From Podarcis filfolensis (taxonomy: Eukaryota), in NCBI GenBank assembly GCA_964270895.1, contig OZ185435.1: a stretch of DNA of 64,000 nucleotides. The stretch is one strand, 5' to 3'. Below the pieces are notes generated by a model that was given only the letters and a program-made list of their open reading frames with translations, was not told where the DNA came from and made no database searches. Below are positions 1 through 12,700 of the stretch, piece by piece; position 1 is the stretch's first letter, and each line of letters opens with the position of its first letter. The position numbers and the translations under genes were made by a program.

Positions 1-1032
1 CAAGGTCATCTAGTAGACTTCATGGCAGACCATGGATTTGAACTCTTCTAAGTCCAGTATGCTATAGTCACTATTTATCAGAATGTATTCTCAAAGCTTA
101 TGTGATACTTTTCATTAGCAAAAATATTGATGCAGTTCACAATACACAAAATCCATTAAAATCAAGTAAAACAAACAATTAAAATCAAGTAAAAACATTA
201 TTGCAATAACCACAGTAACTGGAACAACAGAAACTGGTGACATTGTCAGGAAATGCCAGGGGAAAGAGACAGGTCTTCAACAGTTGGTGGAAACATCCCA
301 GTTTTGGAACCCATCCACCCTGGAATGCATTCCATTGAGCAGATGCTACAATAGAAAAGGCCCTTCTCCAGACCCCAGCCAACCAAACCTCAGTAACTCA
401 TGGTACTATCAGCCAATGCAACATCTGACTGAGGAGTTCATAACGTAGTTTGTAAGTCTGGGGTCAGATTGCTGCTTCAAGTGACTATCAAATAACTCTA
501 ATGGGCCCATGGTTCTCAAAGTTCTCTTCCTCTGTACAATTGCTATTTTCACAACGACAATGACCACTATGTGAATCAAGCTATTTGGCTGGATCCAGAC
601 TACCCATGGGCAGAACTGCAGCTACGAGTCAAAGAATCTTCCAGGACAGCATGGACAGCTGTGCCGTGACCTGCAAGGGGAACAGGCAAAAACAGCTTCC
701 TCCCTGCTTCCTTCCTCCAGCAGGAGCCTCTGCTGGATCTTGGCTCCTTCTACAAACAGAAGGAATCCTATCATTGACTAAAGGACAACTTGGGATCCAA
801 CCTATTGTTGGGCCACTGCTGGTTTATTTTATTTTATTTATTTTATTTTATTTATATACTGCCCTTCATCATAAGATCTCAGGGCAGTTCACAGAATAAA
901 ATACAGGATAAAAACATGAACATAAATAAACAAAACAGCAAAACAATAAAACAGACCCTATATCCCAAGACATTATGCCATATCAAAATGCTTTCTGAAG
1001 TAGAAGACAAAGAAATGAAAAGAACCCATTAC

Positions 1033-1125
1033 CTGCCACTTCCACAATCTGGTGTCTAGCAATGTCGTAGTATGGGTCATCCCATCGTAAGTGAGTGACA
1101 GGGTCAGGGGAGCCCTTGAAGTCAT
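1033..1125 (-). CDS. ARHGAP1: ARHGAP1 (p50RhoGAP/Cdc42GAP) coding exon 2; gene continues left of the window
   Basis: tag|ATGAC...GCAG|gtaatg; 93 nt, phase 1-1; translates (D)DFKGSPDPVTHLRWDDPYYDIARHQIVEVA(G), matching human VTHLKWDDPYYDIARHQIVEVAG. Confidence 0.96.
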
Positions 1126-1894
1126 CTACATTTTAAAATAAAGGGGATGGGGTGAGAGGAAAATGCAGAGAACATAAAAACCAGCACAGCTATACGAAGA
1201 TACAAAAACACAGAGAAGGGATCAGGTATATCACAGAACCAGAAGGAACTCTGATGAATAGCATTAGTTTTGTGCAATTGTTCATTTTACGTTCAATACA
1301 AAACATCGCATGCATTCAGACCGATTGTGCTAGCTTATTTGTCAATATTTGCCTCAAATGTATAAACACACCATTAGTGGAAAGTAATCAATGATCTAAA
1401 ATTCTCCACTACAGAATTCCACATTCATCCACTAGAATACACTATTTACACTGCACAGACAGACAGATACTTCTCTGGCATATAAGGTCTGTAGCATTCT
1501 ATGCTCTCACCACCCCATTTAGATAATATCTACACCCCAGTTTAGATACAGGGGCTAACTAGTACTTCTGCAGCATCTTAAAGAGGAAAGAGACGCAGAC
1601 AGGCAAAGACCTCAGAGAATGCTCCACTAGACTACCCTTGCCCCCACAGGGCTATATACAACTATCATGCAAGAACATAACACAAAAAGAACCTGCTGAA
1701 CCCTGAATCTTGTTATTTTTCCACTTATTTATTATGTTATCAATTATTTTGATATCATTTGGGTGCTGCCTATCCTGAAAGTCTGGATATAAATAAATCT
1801 AATAAATAAAAAGCTATTAAAGGTATATTTTAAGATTAGTGCTGCAGGATATAGATTCCTTTCTAGTCATTTCATTGCTAGTAAAAGTACTCAC

Positions 1895-2027
1895 CTGACT
1901 TAGGAAAAACAGGCACTTCATCTGGTGGCCAGTTCTTATCATCTAGAGAGGCCAATTTGAGCTGATTAAGGGATTCATTGGTATCCTCCAAACTCAGGTC
2001 TTCCTGTAGATCAGGGTATTGCTCCAT
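1895..2027 (-). CDS. ARHGAP1: ARHGAP1 first coding exon (exon starts at 2051 with 24 nt of 5'UTR)
   Basis: ATG at 2027-2025; MEQYPDLQEDLSLEDTNESLNQLKLASLDDKNWPPDEVPVFPKS + G|gtgagt; 133 coding nt; matches human LNQLKLASIDEKNWPSDEMPDFPKS; acceptor gttttttag at 2052-2053. Confidence 0.95.
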
Positions 2028-4576
2028 GTTTTCCAAGCTTTAACTGCTCTCCTAAAAAACCCAGAAGGAAGAGCACAGGGATTCACAGATCAAGCAAGCA
2101 AATACATAGCAATCTTCAATATCATCTCCCAAAGCTGCTCCTTTATATATTGCCACAGATGTCTTGTCCAGAAGAACCTTTCCTCATATCAAAGGTGAGA
2201 GGGGGCTGGCTGGGGGAACACCACTGGCTGTACTCCATCCATTTCCCCCTCCTGTGCAAATACAGCCTGGTTGCTTTCTGTTTGTAGCATACAAGCCAAA
2301 ACGGCAGGGAAATGCAACAGATTACACCAACCCCCTGCCTGACGCATTGAGTCTAAAGGCTCCCATTTCCTGCGCTCCATTGGCAGAGTTGGCAAATAGC
2401 CAAACAGCTTGCACAGCAAGGTGTTGCAGTGGAAGGGTGCCCAAATACTCCTTCCCCCACTGGCCTATCAAACCAACAACAGAGACACACATGAGGATTC
2501 TTCACAGTGCTACAAGCAGAACTGTGAGGGGGCAGATTCAACAATAGACAGGTTGTCCTTGAGTGGCGCATGTTGAAAAAGCAGCCAAAGAGTTCTGGGG
2601 TTTGAGAAGAACTCAGTTCCTAGTACTTTTGGACCTTCTCCATGAAGAAATGTCATTCTTAGCTTGAGAAAGACAACAGTTTTGGAATTTTGGATGTTCA
2701 CTAAAACATTAATGGACTCCTGATTAGAGTCACCACCAAAGGAGGCACACCTCTGGTCAATAAATAACTGCATATATGAGATCACTAGAAAGGTTAATCA
2801 TTGTTCTCAAGAGGTAGGACATGAACACAGTTCTATCATGAAACAAGAAGAAACAGAAAGTGCCTCCAAAAACAACTGGTCTAAAATATCAGCCCTCAAA
2901 CAGAAGTTAAGTTACTGTGACCAAAGCTAATGCTACAGCTAATATCAGAGATCAATATTAGCATTTCAATAAATATATGGTCAGAGAAGGTCAAATGAAT
3001 GTCACTCATGCTTCGTTAAGGGAATCTCTGGACATTTCCCAAAAAAATTCACCAGTGTTTGTCCAAATTCTGAGTGTTGAAGGGAGCTGCGATTTGCACA
3101 AGACCTCTTCCCTTCTCCTTCAATGCTTACACAATTATTTCATTGTCCTTATTTTCCAGATGGCTGTAAGCTTATTGCGCAGCAAGTCAAATCGCATTCC
3201 TGTAACCAGACAAAACACGACATATATGGGCAGATGATCTTCAAGGCAGATCAGGAAGTATTCAGGGCACAGCAGATCAGCAAAGTCAGCCTCAGCTATT
3301 CTTTGCTAGTCTCTCCAGGCTGGAGGAGATGCTTGACCTCAGTGGGGGTAAAGAGCAAGGCACTTTGCTCCTCTGAGCTATTAGCTAATGCTGTAACCAT
3401 GCTTAAATTTCAGCCAACCATCTGCCCTTAGCAATATACCCAGTTTCTATGGAAACTCTAACCAGCATTTGCCGTGACTCATTCGTTTTGAAACAACTCT
3501 AGTTACTCTCACAGTTATCTAAAATTGTCCAAAAAAAACTACCTGGGCAGCAGGATGCAGACAGCCCCAAGCTTTCTTCTACCAAGGGATTCTGAATATT
3601 CTCAACTCGTGGTGCGCAACTGGATCACTGCAGTGTTGGAGGGCTACAGTTTTGCCAGATCTGCACTAGAAAAGCACTTAAGAATAAGTTACGAGCTCTA
3701 TGAGGCAGATACGCTACTGATATTCTTTTTAGCAGGAGAATTTATTATTTTTACATCCCATGTACAGAAAGAAGACTCTTGCTGAACATGGAAAACTGGT
3801 TGTTGAATGTAGACATTGCCAAACTAGTGGATGGGAAAGAATTTGGAGTACTGGGTATTTGGGATTCTGGTGGACAAAACTCATGTGGTATTTGTTTATA
3901 CAGCTTTATGGACGAATTCACATATACATTTTTCTCACTTGATGACTTAGAACTGGGATCACCAATGTGGTTCCTGGGTGTGCACATACACCTACAGAAG
4001 CCTTCCCTGGAGCACCTTACCCTGCTAAGTTAAGCTTTATAAAAGGACTCTGATTGTAGCTAACAGAACATGTGGTGTGCATTTGGATGAGGTGTGTGGC
4101 ACTCTCAACAGTTTATCCAATTTATGTGTACCCACAGGTCCAAAAAAAGGTTGGTATCACTCGACTGAGAAGCTTACTGAAATGACCACCACAGACCAAA
4201 CACTATAGTCAAATTTCATACCACCTAAAAAACTTGAGTATTCAGTGGAGACTGATCCTACGCCTAGCAGAGAGTTAAGCATATCTTAATTCTTCCTATC
4301 ATATTATGAAATAACTCCTCTTACTCTGGATCTTTCCACTAGGTCTGTTCTCCATTTGGAGGCAGACACAGTGAAAATATTTTTTGAAATCTCATTTTCC
4401 CTAGTGTCAGGTAGTGTTGTAGCTAAATATGCCTATTCGTTTAAAAATCTGATCCAGATCTAAATGCTTTTACACGAAAGTCAGCAAAATAAAAGAGTTG
4501 TGCAAGACTCCACCAACTCACAATATTCAGCATTCAGACTCAATCATAATCTAAACTCCTTTAACATCCCATGCTC

Positions 4577-4711
4577 TAGGAATGGTGAACCTGTGACCCT
4601 TCGGATGTAGGATTACAGTTCCTATCATCCCTGATCATTGACAATGCTGGCTGGATAAGATGAAGGTTAGAGTCCAACAACGTCTGAAAGGTCACAGGCT
4701 CACCATTCCTG
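4577..4711. mobile_element. Palindromic hAT-like MITE (squamate 'ggactacaactcccatcatcc' family)
   Basis: Inverted termini aggaatggtgaacctgtgacc / ggtcacaggctcaccattcct; same family as the copy at 31450-31585. Confidence 0.6.
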
Positions 4712-5149
4712 AGGCATGAGATGTTAAAGGACTTTAGATTATGGTTGAATCTGACTGCTGAATATTGTGTTGAAAATTCCACAGCCTTGCCATATAGACT
4801 TTGTGTTTCTACTTCATTTTTGCCCCATGTGACAAACATCACTGAGATCTGAACAACTTTAATGGGTTATTCAACCATGGGTTTACATTCAGGAATGTAA
4901 GAATGCCTGAGGAGTCTTTGACTTGCAAATTCTCCTCCCCTTGTACATTACTGATTACTGAAAATCAGTAACTGATTACTGAAAATCAGGACTGAAACCT
5001 AGCTGGCTTGCTTTTTCATCCAAACAGGAAAACCATTATTTCCATTTGCCTGAAAATGATACTACGTTCTCATAACACCAAATTATGGTTGGTGTTACAT
5101 TTGAAGCACCCTAAGCTTCATATACCATGGTCATTCATTTATTGTATTA

Positions 5150-5790
5150 TTTAGCAGTAGGCTTTTTCTAATCTATGCTTCACTGATATAGTTATCAAGA
5201 GCGGATACCGGGGGGTGGGGGGAGAGAATGTGGTATTTCTAATTAGCTGCAGGTCCTTTCTGGATTCTATCCAGCAGAGCCAATCCCTTAGTTGACACTT
5301 ATTCAAGGTCAAAGCAGAGCTCAGTTCTAGAAAACAATAATGATCTAAAACATCTTGACAAGATGCTTTCCAGAGTTGGTTTTCACCCAATTCCATATAG
5401 CACAGTACAGGAAAACTCTCAATAGGCATAGTAGTATTTTTAAAAATATACTTTAACTAGCCACTCTTGCCTTAATTGGTTCTTTATGAGGACGAGCTTC
5501 TGATATTCCTGTTTGCAGAGAGTATAGCTTTCGGGGGGGGGGGGACATTCTGCGCAATTTCCAAAACTTTATTGGAGTTGAATCAAAGCCACATATTTCA
5601 ATGCTACAAAGAGGATTTGAATAAGTGGTTTGTTACCAAATATTTTTATGGCAGGTTCAATCAGTTTCCCTCCCTTATTGTAACAGAACTTCATCAATGC
5701 CACTATGGTTTTTTGTGCTTTGGCTTTCACTGCCTCCATATGGCACTTCCAAAAGAGGGTTTCACTAAAGAATAGGCCCAGGTATGGTAT
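5150..5790 (-). mobile_element. Decayed non-LTR retrotransposon RT C-terminal fragment
   Basis: Minus ORF KFCYNKGGKLIEPAIKIFGNKPLIQILF resembles a squamate LINE RT C-terminus; broken frames; clade and boundaries uncertain. Confidence 0.4.
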
Positions 5791-5823
5791 CGAGCAAGTG
5801 TGTTCTGTAGCTTTCTGATCTAA

Positions 5824-5975
5824 GCACCATTTATACCTAGGACCAGGGCATTTTTTAAAGTCAGAACTCACCAGAACTTGGTCCCACACCTTTCAGGTGG
5901 GCATCATTGTCATTATAAAAACAAGGGAAGTGTTCATAGTGAGTTCTGGCACCTCTTTTTCTAAATAGCACTGCC
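5824..5975. mobile_element. MITE-like repeat ('gagttccggcacctctttt...agcactg' family), also at ~25595-25733
   Basis: Two similar copies in the window share gaactcac...cacct.tcaggtggg...gtgagttc.ggcacctcttttt...aatagcactg. Confidence 0.55.
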
Positions 5976-7869
5976 TAGGACTGTGTTTGCCAAAAAGCAT
6001 AATCTTGGTCTTAAGAGTATTTTATGGATAGGCTTCCCAATTTATTGTTTTTGCTGAACACCTCCAGGAGCTTTTTGAGACCCAATCGGGAATGAGAGAG
6101 GAGCACTAAATCATCTGCATACATCAAGACTGAGATTGTTCCTAATTACTGGAGAGGGGTGTTTGCATTGGCTCAATATGGCACCAAATAATTCATATAA
6201 ATGCTAAAATGAGTGGGAGCCATAATGCAACCTTGCTTCACTCCTCGCAACATTCTGAAAGCATCAGTCACACCACCATTTAAACCTACTCTGACCCTCA
6301 TTTATGTGTTGCTGTACAGCAAATCTCCACAGGGAAACTATTCCATAGATGCAGTATTACAACAACTTGTTCCATACTTCCATAAACCAAATGTCCTTAA
6401 ATGATAACTGGAAAAGGGATCTCTCTGAAGACATTAACTGCAAGAGAGGTTTTCAACTAATTGTAGTTTTAACAGCTGGTGAGTTAAGATTCCTGCTTTT
6501 AGCTCATGGGAACAGCACACCCTATTTCTTTCATATTATCAACAACCCTGCTGACTCAATATAGAAGTGTCCACTACAGTTGTTTGGGCCTCCAGTGCTG
6601 CGTTGATTGCAAAACCCACTTAATTTTATCCATATTTCAGTACGGTAAAGAAAGGCAGCCATTATGTTTACCTAGCCAACACTGTTGTCAACCTCAAAGG
6701 GAGGGACCAGAAGAGTAAAGCCAAAGTATTCCCTCCCTCAGATCCCCCCTCCCCTCAGAAGCCACCAGCTTAAATCAAACAGGATACACTCACTGAACAA
6801 AGCAATCTGCTGAACACCCAGAACTGAGTTAGGTGACAAAACTAAAAAGACACCACACCTTTCCTGTCAGATCATAAACCTGACTACTCAGTCCCTGCCT
6901 CAGCCAACCTTTTCCAGCTGCTGAGCTTACACTGAGACTCTGGAAATGTTACACAAATTCAATCATGGAGTGGGGGGTGGGGGAGAATTGTGCCACATGT
7001 TCAACGCATATGCCTACCCTGCTTCCAGGATAATTCTGTCTATTTGCCTGAGGGTTTTTCCTGCAAGCTCAAAGGACATGAAAACATAATCTCAAACATT
7101 TCATTTAAACCAAAGAACTTTAAATTTGACTGCTTTTGTTTAGCAGGAACTGGTGAACATCAAAGACTTCCAAGCAGGCTATATAATCCCTCTAATTTCT
7201 TTCACGCATTATCTCAACGCAAAAAATTGTCATGAAAGTGGGCATTCCTGTAATATTTCCTTCTTCAGAATGCTCTTCACAAGTCAGACATAATAATCCT
7301 ATAAGTGGCTTCATCCTAGTTCAATGCTCTGTTTATGGACATGCATGAACCAAAACACAATAAATAATGATTTCTCCTTAAGCAAGTGCTATCACACCTC
7401 TCTGGTTTTACTGAGCCCCTACCACACCCCACACTTCCCACTCTCTCCTTTACAGAACTTTACAACTCCCCCTTTTCTTTCCAGCTCAAATACATAAACC
7501 ACAAAGTCCTAGTGACAATCTTGTGATGGGCCACAAAGTCTTATGCAGTAGACTCAAGTATTTGTGGGGTTACATATACCACAGAAGCATGATGTAAGAA
7601 TCCTGATAAAAGCAGGATAAAGCAGTTTCTGTGAGATGATTTATCCAAACTAGCAAAGAATACATTTAGAATTACCAGACTCAAACCCCCAAAGGGCTCC
7701 AGAAACTTTGAAAGTTTAAATTAAAATAGTTACATACCACCTCTTTAAAATATCAAGATGGAGTGCAACAAAATAATTCAGTGTAACAAAGCAATTCTAT
7801 ATACAATAGAAACAGTCCGATAAAAGAAGCATAACACAAATACAGGAACCGGGAACCATTCAAGTCATT

Positions 7870-8120
7870 GTATCAGAGGCCAGGGAAGCCTCAAATAAGG
7901 TAGCTGTGTTTTTAACAGCAGATGAAAGCTCACCACAGCAGGTACATCTCACAGGCTGGAGGCCAAAAAGGAGAAGGCCCTCTTCCAGCTTAACATGAGA
8001 TAAGTCTCTGTGGGCCACAGAATAAGTGATAGGGCCTTCTCTGAAGACCTTAGCGAGCAGACACATCTATATGGGAGAAGGCAGTCTCTCAAATAACCTT
8101 TTTTCCCTTAAGTTTAGGAA
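7870..8120 (-). mobile_element. Decayed L2-type LINE 3' fragment
   Basis: Minus strand gagactgccttctcccatatag...ctaaggtcttcagagaaggccc resembles the L2 3' region; boundaries approximate. Confidence 0.45.
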
Positions 8121-9769
8121 TATGTAGGTATCATGAAACCTTCAACTTCGCTTAGCAGCACAATTCCCTCAACACAGATATTATATGCTGCAGCTTCCAA
8201 ACCAGCCTTAAGGCCAGTCCCACACGGACCAAACTGCCATAATGCAGTCTTGAGCTTACCAATGCATGGGTCACTGTAGCTTGGCTGCACTGGTCCAAGA
8301 ATGGTCACAGCTAGTGCAAGAGTACAAGGTGGCAAAAGTAACCTTTAGCCACTGAGGTCACTTGTACCCCCAGAAATAAAGAATGATCAAGGAGCACCCC
8401 CATATGACATTCCAGTTCCAGTAGAGGGAGTAGAACCCTGGTCCAGAAAAAGCAAACTCCCAAAATCCACGCACAGAGCTAGTCGCTTACAGGGCCTTGG
8501 TCTTAACAGGATTCACCCCCACTTCCTGTGCATACCACATACTCATCCAGGGCTTGCACAGTCACACTTGATTCAGATGTAACAGAGAAATGGAGTACCA
8601 TCAGAATGTGCTTAACTCCATGGTACAAATGGGGTCCCTAGTGGAACCCAACAGCTTCATACAGATGGCAGTGGAGACATCACAATTCACTCCAGCACCC
8701 TTCTGCATAACGGACAGGCGGCCAACACACAGTCATCCAATACTACTCTGACAAGCCCCATTCAATAGAAATCGGGAGTTTTGGCACTATTTTTATGGCG
8801 GGAAAGTCTTTATAGGTTTGCTTTTAAGCAACCCGCACCCCTTGACCTTACTACCCCTGCTTAACTCAGTTGCAAGTATTTCCCAAATTCCAAGTATTTC
8901 CCCCCAAAAAAGTGTGCACAGGTGGCAAGGGTTTGGGTCCTAAAATCAGTTCACTTTAACGTAAACGAACGTTTCCCATCTCTCCCCACCCCCGCCGCCT
9001 TTAAGCACCTGCACGCACGCGCACACTCCTAAAAGCCTCCCCAGTGTAGGCACCTCCACCTCCAGCACCAAAAAAGATCTCCAGGAAAGGACCAAGGGCG
9101 AGGGGTGGGGGGCTCCTTAACAACAAAGGCATGGGGACCCCTTGGGTTGCTGAGGGAGGTGGGGGGGGCGTCTTCCAAAATCTGACATAGATCTGAACCT
9201 GGCAGCCCTGAGAACGACGACACCCACGGAGATGGTGGGAGGGTCGAGACAGAAGCCCAGCCCAGAAGCCTGGCAGCGGCCCCTGCTTGACAAGAGACCT
9301 CCCTCCTTCCCACCGAAAGTCACGCTGAGGCTGGAGTCGACGCATGCGCCCTCCCTCAACTTCGTCCCCAGCCCCTCGTTCCCCCCCCCCCCGCCCCAAT
9401 AAGCAGGAGAATAAACCCAGAAGGAGCCCCGCCCCTCGAAGCGGCGCCTAGGCCTCCACTCACTATTTATCTCATGAAGGTGTGCGCGGTGGGGGGAAGG
9501 GAAGAGATGCAGCCCCGACGCCGACGACGCGCGCCCAGTACGGAGTTCCTGCGCTGCGCGCTCCCTGAGCGCTCCTCCGCTCGCCAGCAGCCGCCACTCC
9601 CGCCTGTCAAACCCCCCTTTCACAAACATCCGCCTCCGAACCGGAAAAAGGACGAGTCTCCGTGGCAACACGCTCCCGCCTCCTCGGAGAAAGGCCGGCG
9701 AGGGAAAGGGAAAAGCCGTCCGGGCGCAAACACGGCGCGCTGCGCGGAACGTTCCGCCCAGGAGCCGTT

Positions 9770-9791
9770 ATGGAGCAGAGCCCCGGCCAGA
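9770..9791 (+). CDS. ZNF408: ZNF408 exon 1 coding part (predicted)
   Basis: ATG GAG CAG AGC CCC GGC CAG A|gtgagg; phase 1 fits exon 2; 110-nt intron; no protein homology support for these 7 codons. Confidence 0.6.
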
Positions 9792-12700
9792 GTGAGGGCG
9801 AGCGGGTATCTTTCGGGAGACGGGAGGGAGCGGAGAGCGCTTGCCGCCCCGCGACCTTGACTGCTCTCACCGTCCCTTTCGTGTCTCTGCTTCCCTTTCA
9901 GGTCGGCCCCCGGACGCGCGCGGCGGTGGCGGCTGGTCCTGCTGCCCAGTGTGGAGCCTTCCGCGGGGCTTAGCCCTGGGCCCTTCCCTGTCCGCCGAGA
10001 GGGGCCTTGGGGTGTGGTGTGTGGGGAGCCCCTTGCAGCCGGGGACGCTGCTGCTCCTGCTTGGTCCGGAGGAAGAGGAGCAGGAGGCGGGCGCCCGCCC
10101 GGCGGTGAGCGATGGGCGGGCAAGTTTGGGCCTCCAGTCAGAGCCCTCAGGTCGGTGGGGGCGCCCTCTCGCGACCCTCTGCCCGGCCGACCACATCTAG
10201 ACGCCCGACCCTTCTCGGTTGCCGGGAGAAGGGATTCTGACAGGCGCAGCTTGTTATATCCACCAGTTAAGAAAGCAGCTTGCTTGCCCAATTTCTCTCT
10301 TCAAAGTGCAGCTGTCCTGGTCTTAGTGTTACCTAGTCACTTTTTGGTGGCCAAAAAATAGTTTCGATTGTTTTCTGGTATCCTTGACACCTGCACATGG
10401 GTGGGAGAAAGGGGATAGAAGGCATTTCCCCCTCTCTCATAATGCTAGAGCTTCCCAGTAAGCTAACGAACAGGATAGAAAAGGAAGTACTGTACTTACA
10501 CAGCTCATAATTAATATGCAGAATTCATTGTCACACTATATGGGGACCACTAGCTTAGATGACATTAAAAGATGATTTAAAAAGTTCAGAGGGAATATAT
10601 ACCAATGGTTATTAGCCACAGTGTTTCAGCAGCTGAATGCCACTGAATACCATGACAGAGTGGGCTATTGCCCTCATATCAGACTTGTTAGAATGCTGAG
10701 CTAGATGGTCCTTTTGTCCAAATTAGCAAGGTTTTTCATGTTAGAAGGTAATTGCACACACATCTAGCTCTGGTGCCACTGTTTCCTCTTTCTGTCTATA
10801 GAAGTCTGAACTGTAGTCACTTCATGTTACTTAGTTGTCCCATTGAGAATGTGCTTCAGAGGTGAAGTTTGTCTCTCCCTTCCTCATGAAGCAGTCGTGT
10901 ATCTGCTCCATCATGCACACAACTCAGCCCTCACTTGGCGTACCCCTGCTCATTGCATGGGTTGAAACTGACTGAATGTGGCATGATGTCTGCTTAGTTT
11001 ATATTCCACTTTACTAGTAAGTACTCAAGACAACTTAGTCAGACACATTTTTATCCATTCAACAATTCTGTGAAGGAAAGTTATTGTTGCTCAAGGCCAC
11101 TTGCTCCTCTATTATTATCTGCAGTTTTAGTCTCCTACATAGTCTAGCCACTACTGTGCACTACTCCCAGCTGCTTAGAAGGTCACTGCAGAGTGACCGC
11201 AACTGTGTAGGGAGAGTTGGTCATCTGTTGTATCAGGCCATCTAGCGAGGCAAGTATTTACTACAACTGAATGAAAATGGGGGGATAGTTTGTAGCTGCT
11301 GAAGCTCTATAGACAAACAGTTCACCACATGGCTATATTTCTCCAAAGTGATTTTATAAATAATATCTAAGCTCATCCCATTTCTGACAATTCAGTTGAA
11401 CATGTGTTGAATTACAGTAGTTGCCAATAATTGTTACTGTAGATCTGAGGGCTGAACTGTATGTGATATAGTAGCAATCACTGTATTTTAGGATTTTTTT
11501 TTAATATCTTAAAAAACATACTGCAGAGGGAGGATAATGAGATGGTGAAGCAGTGCTTAGGGAAGATGATTAACTCTTTCCCCTTATTTCCATGATTGAA
11601 ATCACACGGTGCTTACTTCAGAGTAAGGAAGCGATCTTTACTCAGGCTAGCAGCAAGCACAGGTTCAGTCGTAAAGAGTTCAAGTTAAAAGAGCAAGATA
11701 AGTGATTCAGAACTGAATAACTGAGTTGGTAGAGCATGAGACTCTTAATCTCAGGGTCGTGGGTTCAAGCCCCACATTGGCAAAAGATTCCTGCATTGCA
11801 AGACCAGATGGCCCTCGAGTTCCCTTCCAGCTCTACAATTCTTGATTCTATGAATGACGCTAGAAGATGTCCCAATGGTTGTCACACCCCTCCCACCAAG
11901 TTTTAAAAAGACTAGGTGGAGTATGTTCACTCACGAGACTCTCTTGCCTCACTAGCCAGCTTCTGTGTGTGCTTCTCTGGGGTAGATGCAGCTGATCCCA
12001 CCTACAAAAGTGGTGCCAGGTTTGTGGCCACAAGACTGTCCTGCCCCTGTCCCTCGAGCTGCTCTTGCTCAGCTCCTCCCACTGGCTAGTCAGAGTCGTC
12101 CTCCCTCCCTAATAATTATCTGCGCCTCTCAAGAGGAGCAGTGACAAGAGCTAAGAGGGTGTAGCTTTGTTTCCCCTTTTCTGACATCTAAAGTTGTATG
12201 GAGAAGACCCACACCCTCCACCTCCAGGTGCCCAATCCTGATAGGACCGAGGGGCCCATGACATTACCTGACTCCCTCCCCACCTCCTGGAGGGCAAACA
12301 ACAGCTCATTCATTTTTATTTTGACAAATTATGTATTGCTTAATTACGGTAGTCTCTTAAATAAAGTACAATAGTGTAATACAATAAAGATAAAAATCAG
12401 TTGAAACCATAAATCCGTCAATTTCATTTAAATGTCTGCCAGAATAAAAACTCCTCAGTAGGCACCCAATGTTCAACAGGGAGGAAGATTGTCTGACCTC
12501 AAATAGAAGGGAGTTCCATAAAATTGGGCCCACAGTACTGAACGCACAGCTGCTAGAGGATGTGAGCTGTGCATTTAAACTTAGGATGGTAATTTCAACA
12601 GAGTGAACAGTGTGAAGTCCGTGATCCAGGTGAGGGTGCATAGCTGCTGTCAAGTAAATGAAAAGACATTGGAAGACCTAACAGCATATTGCCTACACTA

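Larger units (their letters stand above)
9000..10260. promoter_or_regulatory. CpG island / bidirectional promoter shared by ARHGAP1 and ZNF408
   Basis: Abrupt GC- and CpG-rich segment between divergent genes; GC boxes ccccgcccc (~9390, ~9427), NRF1-like gacgcatgcgc (~9340), ETS ccggaa (~9641), X-box-like GTCTCCGTGGCAAC 9656-9669. Confidence 0.9.

Noticed and set aside
4950-4990. 21-bp tandem duplication (similar small ones at ~24515-24550 and ~46197-46238)
   Set aside because: Ordinary slippage-type micro-duplications with no further structure
9001-10361. Many overlapping 90-220 aa ORFs on both strands
   Set aside because: Low stop density of a CpG island; only the ZNF408 exon 1-2 frames have homology or splice support
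11718-11780. tRNA-Lys(CTT) gene
   Set aside because: Acceptor stem and B box are degraded, and it continues into a CR1-type tail, so it is a SINE head
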